From positions 1 to 64,000 of the forward strand of contig NW_027437442.1 of NCBI RefSeq assembly GCF_964204645.1: a stretch of DNA of 64,000 nucleotides. Direction: 5' to 3'. The translations under genes and the position numbers were made by a program. Shown here piece by piece: positions 39,782 through 52,484 of this stretch; position 1 is the first letter of the stretch, and each line of letters begins with the position of its first letter. The notes below the pieces were generated by a model, which was given only the letters and a program-made list of their open reading frames with translations, was not told the DNA's origin and did no database searches. This DNA comes from Tubulanus polymorphus (lineage: Eukaryota > Animalia > Nemertea).

Positions 39782-40795
39782 TTCACTCCGCAGACAACCC
39801 TGCAAACTGTGTAGCCGGTTCCTTGTTACCCGACAGTACTCGTAAGCACAGTTAAGGGAACCGTTATATTTGCCTTACGTACGTATGTAAGACTCGAACG
39901 CTCCCGGAGCACTGTGCATGAAGTACGTACGCAAGTAATTAAACCTCGTAAGTAATTCAAGTGATTCAATTCGTAAGTAATTCAACCTTCCCATGTATGC
40001 TTTTATAACGATTTACAACCAATGCAAGGGTGTATGTTCTTTATATGTACGCAACGCATGAAATAAGCATATATAGGAAACTTTAGAAACTGACTGGGGA
40101 ATTATCGATAGGAGACTTTTTTTTTTAAAATACCGCTTTTTGATGATGCATCGGCGATACAATGCCCAGAAACAGTTGTTACCGTGGATTGCGCGATACT
40201 TTATCTTGAATCATGTTTCTGGTCTCAACGCGACAACGGCTGGAAATTCAATGAATTTGGTGACAGGTTTTTTTTTTTTTTTTTTTTTTTTTGGTGTCAG
40301 GTTTTAGCGTGCTGTATCAATCACTCAGATACAGTTGATCCAGAAGATAATCTCAGTTTTCGTGATTTGGTTAGACAAGCGAATTTTCAATCTGCAGATC
40401 AGCTATGGCGGGTTTCAAAGATGAAATCAGCCGAGTCGGTATAAGATGGCCATCCACTACTTCTCGGCATGTCTTTGCGTGTCGGACATTGATTGCGTTC
40501 GGAAAGTGTAGTTTCACTTTGAAGGTAAGTACATTGGGTACAATTTATTGCTGCATAAAAGCCGTTAAATAAGTGGACCAATTTATTCTCCTATAAGAGT
40601 TTCGTGTCTCGACAATAAATCTATATTCCCGATTTGAATAATTCGTTTCGGGCAACTTATGTAAAGTATGTAGGAAAGCCTCCGGCCATCAGGCGCCATT
40701 TGAGGCAATTTGATCAGGCACCAAATTGGCTAACGATATTACGCATAACTTTGCATAATCTATGTGTTAAATGGGCAATAAATCGCCCTGAAGGT

Positions 40796-41243
40796 TAAGG
40801 CCCTCGAAGTTGACACCTTGTTTCTCATCAAATCGTGAAGCCGCCCGCGTCACTCCCAAAAGCCGAAATAAAAAGAAAATAATACTCCGAATCGCGCAAC
40901 AGATTGCTCGCGGTCGGCTCCTTCTTTTAAACATAAAAATACCTCACGCGCGTGTGAAGACTTGTTGTACGGTAAACCTTTTATGCATTTCACTTTTATC
41001 GATTATCAGTATCGTGTATTAGGCCCTTCAAAGTTGATACATTGTTTCTCATCAAATCGCGAAGCCACCCGCGTCGATCCGGAAAGCCAAAATAAAATGA
41101 AAATTTAAGTCCGAAAGCCGCGTCAGATAGTTTACTGTCGGCTCTTTCTTTTTGAAATAAAACACCTCGCGCGCGTGATGATGCGTTGTATAGTTATCTT
41201 TCTTATGCATTTCGCTTGTATCGATAATTAGTTTGTGTATTAG
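40796..41243. repeat. Tandem pair (~224 bp) of a dispersed repeat family also seen at ~32694 and ~46800
   Basis: AGGCCCT...AAGTTGA.AC.TTGTTTCTCATCAAATCG.GAAGCC.CCCGCGTC occurs twice; the same head is at 32694. Confidence 0.75.
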
Positions 41244-41356
41244 TAATGCACTTATTGAACATTTTAATTCTTCTACGATGAACTGGTGCCTAATGACGTC
41301 CAACGTCCCCAGAACCAACAACACACCAAGATCCAAAGACTCCATCTCGAACGCCT

Positions 41357-44300
41357 ATGCCCCAGTCATCCCTTCCTCTGACACGTCCAATGAAAACAAC
41401 TCCTACGCCAATACCACAGACTTCAGTTCGACCAACGTCTCGAGTGCCATCGACTCATCAAGATCCTTCACGTCGGATTACATCAATTCTAGATCCACCA
41501 TCTACCACGATAGCACCAAAAACGGATCCAACACCTCCAACACCACAGACTTCCCTTCCTCCAACATCGCCAACAACTACAGTGCCATCAACTCATCAAG
41601 ATCCTTCACGTCCGATTACAAAAATTCCGGATGTACCGTCTCTCACGATAGCACCAACAACAGCGCTAACACCTCCAACATCACAGACTTCTGTTCCTTT
41701 AACATCACCAACAACTCCAGTGCCATCGACTCACCAAGATCCTTCACGTCCAATTACAAAAATTCCAGATGTACCATCTTTCATAATGGCATCAACAACC
41801 GCTTCGGCACCTCCAACACCAAAGGCTTCTGTTCCGCCAGCGTCACCAACAACTCCAGTGCAATCGATTCATCAAGATCCGTCACGTCCAATCACTACAA
41901 TTCCAGATATACCATCCTTCCCGATAGCACCAACAACGGCTCCAACATCTCCAAAACCACAGACTTCTGTTCTGCCAGCATCACCAACAACTCCAGTGCT
42001 ATCGACTCAACAAGATCCTTCACGTCCAATTAGAACAATTCCAGATATACCATCCTTCACGATAGCATCACCAACAACTCCAGTGCAATCGATTCATCAA
42101 GATCCGTCACATCCAATCACAACAATGCCAGATATACCATCTTACACGATAGCACCAACAACAGCTCCAACACCACAGACTTCTGTTCCTCTAACATTAC
42201 CAACAACTCCAGTGCTATCGACTCACCAAGATCCTTCACGTCCAATTACAACAATTCCAGATGTACCATCTTTCACACTGGCATCAACAACCGCTTCACC
42301 ACCTCCAACACCACAAGCTTCTGTTCCGCCAGCATCACCAACAACTCCAGTGCAATCGATTCATCAAGATCCGTCACGTCCAATCACAACAATTCCAGAT
42401 ATACTATCCTACACGATAGCATCAACAACAGCTCCAATACCACAGACTTCTGTTCCTCTAACATTACCAACAACTCCAGTGCTATCCACTTACCAAGATC
42501 CTTCACGTCCAATTATAACAATTCCAGATTTGCCATCCGGCACGAAAGCACCAACAACAGCTCCAACAACTCAGACTTCTGTTAATCCAACATCATCAAC
42601 AACGCCATCGACTCACCGTGATCCTTCGCTTCCGATAACAACAATTCCAGATATATCATCCTTCACGATAGCACCAACAACGGCTCCAACATCTCCAAAA
42701 CCACAGACTTCTGTTCTGCCAGCATCAACAACAACTCCAGTGCTATCGACTCATCAAGATCCTTCACGTCCAATTACAACAATTCCACATATACCATCCT
42801 TGACGATAGCACCAACAACGGCTCCAACGCCTCCAAAACCACACACTTCTGTTCTGCCAGCATCAACAACAACTCCAGTGCTATCGACTCATCAAGATCC
42901 TTCACGTCCAATTACAACAATTCCAGATATACCATCCTTCACGATAGCACCAACAACAGCTCCAACACCACAGACTACTGTTCCTCTAACATTACCAACA
43001 ACTCCAGTGCCATCGACTCATCAAGATCCGTCACGTCCAATCACAACAATTCCAGATATACTATCCTACACGAAAGCAGCAAAAACGGCTCCAACACCTC
43101 CAACATTACAGACTTCTGTTCCTCCAACATCACCAACAACTCCAGTGCCATCGACTCACCAAGATCCTTCACGTCCGATTACAAAAATTCCAGATGTACC
43201 ATCCTTCACGATAGCACCATCAACCGCTTCAACACCTCCAAAACCACAGACTTCTGTTCCTCCAACATCACCAACGACTCCAGTGCCATCGACTCATCAA
43301 GATCCTTTACGTCCAATTACAACAATTCCAGATAAACCATCCTTCACGATAGCACCGACAACAGCTCCAACGTCACAGACATCTGTTCCTTTAACATCAC
43401 CAACAACTTCAGTGCCATCGACTCATCAAGATCCTTCACGTCCGATTACAACAATTCCAAATATGCCATCCTTCACGAAAGCACCAACAACAGCACCAAC
43501 ACCACAGACTTCTGTTCCTCCAACATCACCAACAACTCCAGTGCCAGCGACTCACCAAGATCCTTCACGTCCGATTACAACAATTTCAGATATACCATCC
43601 TTCACGATAGCACCATCAACCGCTTCAACACCTCCAAAACCACAGACTTCTGTTCCTCCAACATCACCAACGACTCCAGTGCCATCGACTCATCAAGATC
43701 TATCACGTCCGATTACAACAATTCCCGAATTACCATCCTTTACAATAACACCAACAACAGCTCCAACACCTCCAACATCACAGACCTCTGTTCCTCGAAC
43801 ATCTCCAACAACTCCAGTGTCATCGATTCATCAAGATCCGCCACGTCCAATCACAGCAATTCCAGATATACCATCCTACACGATAGCACCAACAACAGCT
43901 CTAACACCACAGACTTCTGATCCTCTAACATTACCAACAACTCCAGTGCCATCGACTCATCAAGATCCTTCACGTCCGATTACAAAAATTCGAGATTTAC
44001 CATCCTTCACGATAGCACCAACAACAGCTCCAACACTTCCAACATCACAGACTTCTGTTAATCCAACATCACCAACAACTCCAGTGCTATCGACTCACCA
44101 AGATCCTTCACGTCCGATTACAACAATTCCAGATTTGCCATCCGAAACGAAAGCACCAACAACAGCTCAAACAACTCAGACTTCTGTTAATCCAACATCA
44201 CAAGCGACTCCAGTGCCATCGACTCATCAGGATCCTTTACGTCCAATTACAAAAAATCCAGAAAAACCATCCTTCACGATAGCACCGACAACAGCTCCAA

Positions 44301-44773
44301 CGTCACAGACATCTGTTCCTCCAACATCACCAACAACTTCAGTGCCATCGACTCATCAAGATCCTTCACGTCCAATAACAACAATTCCAGATATACCATC
44401 CTTCACGATAGCACCAACAACTGCTCCAAAACCACAGACTTCAGTCCCTCTAACATTATCAACAACTCCAGTGCCATCGACTCATCAAGATCTATCACGT
44501 CCGATTGCATCAATTCCAGATTTACCATCCTTTACGATAGCACCAACAACAGCTCCAACACCACAGACCTCTGTTCCTCCAACATCTTCAACAACTCCAG
44601 TGCCATCGACCCTTCAAGAGCCCTCACGTCTTTACGTCGATTACAACGATTCCAGATGTACCAATATTTACGATAGCACCAACAACGACTCCAACATCTC
44701 CGACTTATGTTCCTGTGGCGTTTACTCGTCACGATTTAAAAGCACTGATCCAACGACTGATCCAACTTTTTAA
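41357..44773 (+). CDS. Mucin-like PTS tandem-repeat protein or giant exon (about 24 repeats of 44-47 aa)
   Basis: 1138-codon ORF of TTPVPSTHQDPSRPITTIPDIPSFTIAPTTAPTP(PTS)QTSVPPTSP units (132/141 bp); downstream donor G|GTAAG at ~44860 is out of frame with the ORF. Confidence 0.75.
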   Translation: MPQSSLPLTRPMKTTPTPIPQTSVRPTSRVPSTHQDPSRRITSILDPPSTTIAPKTDPTPPTPQTSLPPTSPTTTVPSTHQDPSRPITKIPDVPSLTIAPTTALTPPTSQTSVPLTSPTTPVPSTHQDPSRPITKIPDVPSFIMASTTASAPPTPKASVPPASPTTPVQSIHQDPSRPITTIPDIPSFPIAPTTAPTSPKPQTSVLPASPTTPVLSTQQDPSRPIRTIPDIPSFTIASPTTPVQSIHQDPSHPITTMPDIPSYTIAPTTAPTPQTSVPLTLPTTPVLSTHQDPSRPITTIPDVPSFTLASTTASPPPTPQASVPPASPTTPVQSIHQDPSRPITTIPDILSYTIASTTAPIPQTSVPLTLPTTPVLSTYQDPSRPIITIPDLPSGTKAPTTAPTTQTSVNPTSSTTPSTHRDPSLPITTIPDISSFTIAPTTAPTSPKPQTSVLPASTTTPVLSTHQDPSRPITTIPHIPSLTIAPTTAPTPPKPHTSVLPASTTTPVLSTHQDPSRPITTIPDIPSFTIAPTTAPTPQTTVPLTLPTTPVPSTHQDPSRPITTIPDILSYTKAAKTAPTPPTLQTSVPPTSPTTPVPSTHQDPSRPITKIPDVPSFTIAPSTASTPPKPQTSVPPTSPTTPVPSTHQDPLRPITTIPDKPSFTIAPTTAPTSQTSVPLTSPTTSVPSTHQDPSRPITTIPNMPSFTKAPTTAPTPQTSVPPTSPTTPVPATHQDPSRPITTISDIPSFTIAPSTASTPPKPQTSVPPTSPTTPVPSTHQDLSRPITTIPELPSFTITPTTAPTPPTSQTSVPRTSPTTPVSSIHQDPPRPITAIPDIPSYTIAPTTALTPQTSDPLTLPTTPVPSTHQDPSRPITKIRDLPSFTIAPTTAPTLPTSQTSVNPTSPTTPVLSTHQDPSRPITTIPDLPSETKAPTTAQTTQTSVNPTSQATPVPSTHQDPLRPITKNPEKPSFTIAPTTAPTSQTSVPPTSPTTSVPSTHQDPSRPITTIPDIPSFTIAPTTAPKPQTSVPLTLSTTPVPSTHQDLSRPIASIPDLPSFTIAPTTAPTPQTSVPPTSSTTPVPSTLQEPSRLYVDYNDSRCTNIYDSTNNDSNISDLCSCGVYSSRFKSTDPTTDPTF

Positions 44774-45456
44774 CCACCACTCTTACCCGAATTACTTCTT
44801 CTGGAGAAGAGAGTAAGCGGATCATTGTGCGAAAGAGTGCATGTGATGTAGATACTAGAGGTAAGATTGATTGTTAACTCGCCGAATTATCTAGCACAAG
44901 TTGAGTTAATTTTAAAAAAGTAATTAACTATAGTCATCTCCATTTCTAAATCATCAATTATTTGATTTTTAAACCGTCGACTTCTTTCGATAGGTAGTGG
45001 TGAACTAGTTATCAAACATATCGAAGAATTACTAACCATGGGCTCACCAGATTATGTACGACAATAACTATCTACGAAGGATTCGGTTATTCTTCGAAGA
45101 CTCAGCTACCGCTGAGTTGACTTGCGGCAAGTGTAGATCCCCTAGTGGTCATTAGTGTATTGTCTGGCAAGTCAAGCCATCGTGACTCAACAAACATGTA
45201 TTTACTCGAATAAAATGGCCGACGGATTAAAGTGGTGTTTTGTATAATGTAAAATCAAGCTATGAGAACGAAAATAGTTTCTTGGAGATAATTTTATTAT
45301 TTGACGTTTCGACATGATACTGACAACCATCTCCAGGAAATCTACAGTCTATTAGAACAAGAGGTTAATTTAAAGGTTTAAAATTGGATAAAAATAGGGG
45401 GCAATCAATGAGTGAGAAACGGCAAATGAATGGAAATGGGATTAAAGATAAAGATA

Positions 45457-46731
45457 AACTAGGGGTCCAGGGACACCATACCCACTTGGGAAGTGGTTTC
45501 AAATGCTCAACAATCTAACAATTCCAATATTCAACGCCCTCTGGTGACCATATACAAAAACCAATGACCTTGAAACTCAATACAATCATAAAACATGTCA
45601 GCAGGTACGATTTTGTAATTGATTGTGATAACAAAAAATGCCTCGTTACTAATTTAATATGGAAATACTTAGTTAATCTACTATTCAACGCCCCCTGGTG
45701 ACCATATTCAAAACCCAATAACCTTGTAACTCATCATATTCATAGAACATGTCATGAACTACAACTTTGCAATTGATCATGGTAACAAAATATGCCTAGG
45801 TACCAATATAATAAGGAAATACCAGGTTATTCTACTATTCAACGCCCCCTGGTGACCATATAGAATAACTAATTTCCTTAAAACTCACCACAATCATAGA
45901 TGATGTCATGAGCTACAACTTTGCAATTGATTGCGGTAACAAAATATGTATTGGTACAAATATAATATAGAAATACTAAGATATTGTATTATTCAACGCC
46001 CCCTGGTGGCCATATACAAAAAACCATGAACTTGAAACTCACCCCAATCATAGAACACGTTATACGCTACAACTTTCTAATTTATTGTTGTAACAAAATA
46101 TGCTCAGGTAACAATATAATGTCGAAAAACTTTTTCCCACCTACGAATGAGTACTAATGACACCAAGATGGCCGCCAATTGCGTCATAATTGGTGGATCA
46201 AAAATACCTATCTCAGGTATAAAACATCCATTTACAAAGAATACCCATCACAAATTGCAATGAGAAATGGCAAACCAGTAGGAAGCTACAGGACCTAGAA
46301 TTCTGGCCAAAATTGACATTTTTGGGCACTAAAAAGGTCATAGGACGGCCATCTTGAGTCAGATGGACCCAATTTTTCTTATGCTGATGGGCCCTTGGTA
46401 GATTCAAATATATTCGAAAGATCAAGGTAATTGATCATATGGTCTTCAAAATTAACCTCGTAAACTTCGAAAATGTGTAAAAAGTGCTGATTTTGGCGAA
46501 CAACAATGGCTGCCAGTCGGTCATCTTGATTCTGATAGGGCCAGTTTTTAGGCTGAAGATGTGTCTAGGGTAGATACATGTATAAATCAAATATCAAGAC
46601 ATTACCTTGAAGCGTCTTCAAAACTTCCCAAAATAACTGGATTCCGTCTACGGACGGACGAACGGACGGACGGACGACGGACGAAAAGTGAACGCAATAG
46701 CCCGCTGGGACTAAAGTCCCAAGTGGGCTAA
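45457..46731 (-). mobile_element. Helentron-associated non-autonomous element (HINE/DINE-1-like) with an internal satellite array
   Basis: subTIRs CCCACTTGGGA (45481) and TCCCAAGTGGG (46717); 5' stem-loop TGGGACTAAAGTCCCA; (GGAC)n microsatellite at 46650-46683; 3' hairpin GGTGTCC-CT-GGACCCC then TAGTTT; four 154-bp repeats. Confidence 0.85.
45529..46125. repeat. 154-bp tandem repeat, about 4 copies, inside the HINE
   Basis: ATTCAACGCCC.CTGGTG.CCATAT starts at 45529, 45683, 45837 and 45991. Confidence 0.92.
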
Positions 46732-47416
46732 CAAATTAGCGGAGGGAATTGGTTATCTCAAATCTAAGGCTACTGACCTAGTCCACACAAAGAAGAACCC
46801 TAGTTTCTCAAGAAAGTTTAATGCCGCCCGCGTCATAGAGAGTGGCAATTATACAAATCAAAAGGCCAAATGCACCCGCCCGCGTCGGAAAAGAATGAAT
46901 CGTCTTTAAAAAAAAAATTAAAACCCGCTCACTCGCATAGCTGTATGGTGTACGATAATGGTTTCATCTTATTTCATTTTGAGGAAGCGTGAAAATAGCG
47001 CAAACGATTGTTTCAGTCTCAATTAATACTGACGATATAGTCTATAGGGAGCTTCTTAATTCTAAATAAAGTTTTTTTGGCACATGTTCTTCTTGCACTA
47101 CTGGTATTTGTTTGGCAATGGTAAAACACTTCCTTCCCGCATCTCTTCTCTGGTTGAGCTTTTCATTTCAAATTTCAAATTTCAAGAAAGCAATAAAAAG
47201 AAAATTCGCTGTGCACCAAACAAAAACACTGATGACAAACAAGGGTATTTCTTTGTGTGGCTTTACTTACATCTACATAGTGATCTGAATCTGTTTCTCG
47301 CCATGCCATAATCATATGGATGTGTCATGAGATTCAAATCCCTACGAGGATACTAACAAAAAATGTAGTAGAGTCTCGCGGGTCAAATCGGTGCTGAGGA
47401 AGGATTTGAAGGCATG

Positions 47417-47654
47417 CTAACGTTTTACGACCCTGATATATATCCCATGTTTTGGGACGATGGTCCCTCGCTCCTGCGTTTGTAAGGGTACTTCAGTTTC
47501 GGCGCATTGTAACAACCGATAATTTCTCAACAATCGAATCAGAGTGATCTTTAATTCTATCATGGCGAATCGCATCCCGACACAGTTTCTTGGTCCGATC
47601 CCGAACGGCATGTAAACCAGTGGGTCTCTTTGATCTTGATACATGGGCAAAAAC
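47417..47654 (-). CDS. Cytochrome P450, clan 3 (CYP3A/TBXAS1-like), last exon with heme-binding motif
   Basis: [15 protein letters not shown] (FxxGxRxCxG); acceptor TAG; AG|G gives Arg across the intron. Confidence 0.95.
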
Positions 47655-47960
47655 CTAAGTAGAAATTTGAAATAATGTTTTTACATCGTTCATAGATACA
47701 GTAAACCCCGTCTAACATAACTGCGCCCGCAAAATTGATCTGTGTTAATGATCAGTTAATACATAACATCGAATGGCCCTCATTAGCTATCGTACTTCAC
47801 TTATTAAGTAAGTATTTGATCAACTAAGTCCGACGTTCGAGTTAGAAATGTCTGAGTATTGTGATTTACTGTAAAGAATATATCTGGCAAGCTCAGCACT
47901 ACAATAATAGAGAAAACTGGTTATCGAATTAGCATTGCATTTCACTAGATCCTTACTAAC

Positions 47961-48107
47961 CTGTCCGGTTGAAACTGTTCAGGGTCGAATGGACCCCAGT
48001 GGTCAGCGTCGTAATGCAAAGCATACACATTGGCCGTCACGTTCATGCCACATGGTATACGGATGCCATTTACAGTGACTTCACTTTGACACCGCCTTGC
48101 GACGATA
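47961..48107 (-). CDS. Cytochrome P450 exon (meander/PERF region)
   Basis: IVARRCQSEVTVNGIRIPCGMNVTANVYALHYDADHWGPFDPEQFQPDR; canonical splice sites; phases match the neighbouring exons. Confidence 0.93.
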
Positions 48108-49661
48108 CTGAAGGAAAGCAATTGAACAAAACAATAATTCAACTTAATTTAACAATAATCCAACAATAATTCGAAATTTCAAGAAAATTTAAGCCCTTGG
48201 AAATTTCCCGAGAAAGCGTTTAGTCTTTTTCAAAGTTCAAGCAACATTTTCGATCAGCTCAACGTTTGATCTTTCACTTCTCATAAGCTTTCTAAGAAAT
48301 AGCATTCAAAATAATTTGGCCCGTAAACATAACGAAAAGCTAATCAATCAATTTGCCCTTACTCTACCGAGCCTAAGACGCTTACCTCCTAATCATTAAT
48401 CCCCACATTATTTTTTACCATCCACATTATTTAGATAAACCTACATTTATATGTGACCGACCTACTGCAAAACTCATCATTCTCGTAAATATGTTTCACT
48501 GACATCGATATCATGGATTAATCAATTTTCATAGAATTGAATCATGATTTGTTTTGGATAATAGACCCCGGATGGGCCTTTTGATTACACCAGACTTAGC
48601 GTAGCTGGGGCAATCCCGATCAACGGTAGTGACTTTGAATGTTGTATCGGCACAAACCAGATGGAGGCTACAATACACTCAGTTATACGTAGTGAACATA
48701 AGTTCATTTTCAATGAAATCTGAACTATCTTTTTAGGCTCCAAAATGGAAATGTTGTCAAATATGCCATCAGATAGATATAAGATTGACGTTTCCAATAA
48801 GCGTATGGTACAGTGTTATTGGAAATTGATTGATTGCCACAGTAGCGATGCGGGTACCCCATTCATTTTGAACCAAATTCAATTCTAATTCCACTAAGTA
48901 TGACCGGGGTAAAGCCTGACATGCCAACGAATGTCCAGATCTTAGAGATGATTGAGAAACCGATTATTTAGAAAATTGGCAATTGGCATAACGGTACAGG
49001 AATTCCGTATAAGATATATTCAAAATTAGATTTTGATTTTTCAAAGACAGTTTCCAAGTGTGAAGTGTGTTTAAAACATAATTTGTTATAGCTTATCATA
49101 GAGAAACGCAAAGGAGAAAACACAGAGCAAAATCACAGACAAATAATGGATCAATGGTTGCAACAAATTCAACTCAAACAGAAGTAAATTTGAGTTTTTC
49201 TTTGTTTGATTAGTTAGTATCCCCATATCAAGTCAGGAAATCATATCGCCCAGGCAAAACCAACTTTGAATGCTGTAAGAACAATTGCGATTAATGTGTG
49301 CCCCCATTATCCCCTCCTGGCGGCATCAAATTTCTAGTAGATTTTTGATTCATTAAGGTACGATGTACTGGCAACTCTACTGACGCAGTAGAGAAGTGTG
49401 CGCACTGCCTTCGTAGAGTGTAAATAACATCAGTCTTGCCGTAGGGCAGGTATGACGCCGTTACAGCCATCTGAAGCATGTAGGGTTTAGATTAGATAAA
49501 TGCGGACCCATCCTATTCTCAGGTAAATGGCTCTAGGTGGACTTTTAGTATTGACTAGCCCTGCATAGAGCATTTATTAGGAAAATACGTCAACTGGGAC
49601 CTTAAACTATTCATCATTTGATAGGTACAATTTCATCTTTTCGAGATTTTTTAATAATTAC

Positions 49662-49750
49662 CTAGGAATCAAAGGATGCATTCTCAACACTTCACTAATC
49701 ACCATATCTAAGTAGGAGAATTGCTTCAGATCAGCCAACTCTACCGGTTT
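49662..49750 (-). CDS. Cytochrome P450 exon (K-helix ExxR)
   Basis: KPVELADLKQFSYLDMVISEVLRMHPLIP; TTTATAG acceptor and GTAATT donor. Confidence 0.92.
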
Positions 49751-50478
49751 CTATAAAAACAAGGAAGAAAGCACCATTGATGAATTGATAACTAAAAACA
49801 TTTCCTTTTTGAGCCAATCTCAAAACGGTGGATGATCTATGGAAAGTAGGCTATTATACGAAATCCTTAACTTAAGGTACAATAGAGCCTGACTATTAGG
49901 ATATACATGTATTCGACACGGAAAACAAAATGTATTATACTATGTATTGAAAGTATAAATACATGTAGTATTTAGTAATACGTATTTTCGAACTATTTTT
50001 TATTCAATATTTTACCACAATCATGGTCAGTAGACTAGGGAAAGCTTTTTAACAACTAGCGGTTCAATAAAATTAAAATCTTTTATGAAAAATGGATAGC
50101 CGCTACAGCACAACAGATGAATTACATTTTAGGTTTCAAAAACGAATTCTATCCCCGTAATATTTGTTTGCCACTTGTGTACTTTTGCTCATTGCTGGCG
50201 ATCCCTATGAATTTCAAATCATTCATACGACTATTAAACATCTCTAAAGCACGCCGATAAAGGTTTAGCAGCCACGTTTGACTAGTCCGTTAACATTTGA
50301 AAGTAGACTACGAGGTGATTATGTCAGCTGACAAAAAACATATCGAATTCATTCCATTGACAGCGTTGGTAATTAAGATATAACTGCAGAATAGCTGTCC
50401 CCTGACACCAGTGCTGCCAAAACCTTAACGGCAGAAATATGTTTACTCCTTCCGTTTCATTGTGAGATTGACATTTAC

Positions 50479-50625
50479 GTTTTCAGGTATGTGAAGGTTG
50501 ATCTCCTCGAATAATTTGTCCTGCACTTCTGGGTTCAACGCCAGTCGATAGGTGGCGTTGGCAAGTGAGGTACTTGAAGTCTCGTGACCGGCTAGCAAAA
50601 ATACCGTAGATGTAGCCACTACTTC
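50479..50625 (-). CDS. Cytochrome P450 exon (I-helix)
   Basis: EVVATSTVFLLAGHETSSTSLANATYRLALNPEVQDKLFEEI; 147 bp, phase 0/0. Confidence 0.93.
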
Positions 50626-50981
50626 CTATGAGGTGAGAAAAAGATACAATTTAACGTTAAATGTAAATAACCGACACCAGACATTGGAAATCTGATCGGC
50701 ACACTTTCAAGATCCGAATATCTACAGTAAGCGTGTCTCTTTAGTACGTCTTAACCTTAGCAAATGTTTCATCGGCACACTTTCAAATGATAACCGTTCT
50801 CACACTTCACATGAGATCGATTGGCCTGCCATATTAACCGTTGAGCGTCAGAGCTGGCAACGAACTTAGCAAAAGCAACAGATGTTACCAGCAGGAGGTA
50901 ACGCACATGTACTTGAAATGAAAAGAAAATCTTGTAAAACGTAGCATCATCATGGAGTTGCAATCGGTTCGTAGAAGTTAC

Positions 50982-51146
50982 CTTTTTCGTGAGGGTATTT
51001 TGTTGGCATGGCGCCGACAGCTTCTTTTCCGTGACATTCGGCTCGGTGTCTCCATCTATATCATATGACATCGAAAGGCTGTTGAAGGAAGTGGGGATCT
51101 GGGCATGCGCGTTTAACATCAACTGAATGAAATCGACACGATCCGT
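50982..51146 (-). CDS. Cytochrome P450 exon (H-helix region); upstream exons not found in the window
   Basis: TDRVDFIQLMLNAH...TLTKK, matching the clan-3 RVDFLQLM motif; 165 bp, phase 0/0. Confidence 0.88.
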
Positions 51147-51586
51147 CTGAAATGTCAAAGTTACATTAAAAGTTACACGAATCGCAGATGCTTTACGACA
51201 ATGAAAACTATAGTATCCATCGAAGTCAACGAAAAGGGCTTTAATAGCAAAATAACGCAATTTCCAATATAACTGTTAATGCAGAATCTTAGGCATACAT
51301 CCTTTGATAAATGAGAAAAGAATGGATCACACCAGATGGTACAGCAAGATAGTCAGCTATTTGTCTAATCTTTCATCGAGGGGATGACTGTTAGTATCAT
51401 GTATCATCCAATTGAAATGTGAATCATCAACAAAAAGATCGATGTCACACGAATATAAGTAGCCATTAAGCGATTTGTCACTGCCTGATAAGGACACAAC
51501 TCCGGCATCCGGTTTAGTAGATCCAGGACATTTCACCGAAAAAAGAAGTACTACGCGCTGATCGATGAAAGGAGGCACGTGAAGTA

Positions 51587-52078
51587 GTTTTCACAAGCCG
51601 ACAATCGACAATCGGCAATCAGAAACCTGATAGTCGACCAATTGCTGTGATCATGAGGGTGAAACAGATTTTTTGGTTGCGAGAGTGATATAGATTTTGT
51701 GATTGTTTAGGGTGAAGGAGATGCTGTAATTGTGAGGGTTTAATAGATGGTACGATTGTGAGGGTGCTATAGCTGTTGTAATTGTGAGGGTGAAATCGAT
51801 GCTGTGATTTTGAGGGTGATTTAGATGCTGTGATAGTGAGGGAGATATAAATGCTGTGATTGTGAGGGTGAAATAGATGCTGTGATTGTGAGGGTATATA
51901 GATGATGCAATTGTGACATATATGCTGTGATTGTGAGGGTGATATTAATGCTGAGCTTGTAAGGTTGATGTAGATGATGTAGGTGATTGTGTGGACAATC
52001 TGGTTTACGATTGCCGATTGTCAACTCAGGGACTCGTCGACTATCAAGTTCTTGATTGCTGATTGTCGACGTGAGAAC
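51587..52078. mobile_element. TIR element with TA flanks carrying an internal ~23-bp minisatellite
   Basis: Left GTTTTCAC...GACAATC.GCAATCA..A.C.TGATAGTCGAC is inverse to right GTCGACTATCA...TGATTGC.GATTGTC...GTGAGAAC; interior is (GATGCTGTGATTGTGAGGGTGAAATA)n at 51640-51990. Confidence 0.75.
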
Positions 52079-52484
52079 TAGGTATCAGCTAGAACGCCAA
52101 CATCCATGGTATATGCTAAAATTGGTAAACTCCCTATGCAATACGATATTCAAAATAGAGTCCTCAAATAACGGTTTAAGATGATAACAGATGTGTCCTG
52201 TAAAATTTCTACTTTTTGGATAAACTCCTGAGTAATTGGAAAAGTGGGCTTTCAGATCAGCGTACGAGAGTACGACACACCACTCATCACCACAAGTAAT
52301 TTTTTCCCATAATAAATGGGAGATAGAAAAGCATTCTTAGTAACAATAAATAACAGAATAAAACCAGCAAAAAAACAATTTTAAATAAAAAAGTTAGTCG
52401 ATGTTACAAAAGAAATTGAACATAAAATATTAAAATTAGAAAAGATAAAAGCTAAATATGGAGATAGAATATCAGCAAATTTAT

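Noticed and set aside
41233-42033. 266-aa Asn/Ser/Thr ORF overlapping the mucin ORF (dual coding?)
   Set aside because: Shifted-frame by-product of the repeat; this frame is closed by stops in later units.
45529-46125. Regular repeats here, and at 52485-53836 and 63727-63878, as CRISPR-like arrays
   Set aside because: Whole units are homologous with no unique spacers, there are no cas genes, and the context is eukaryotic.
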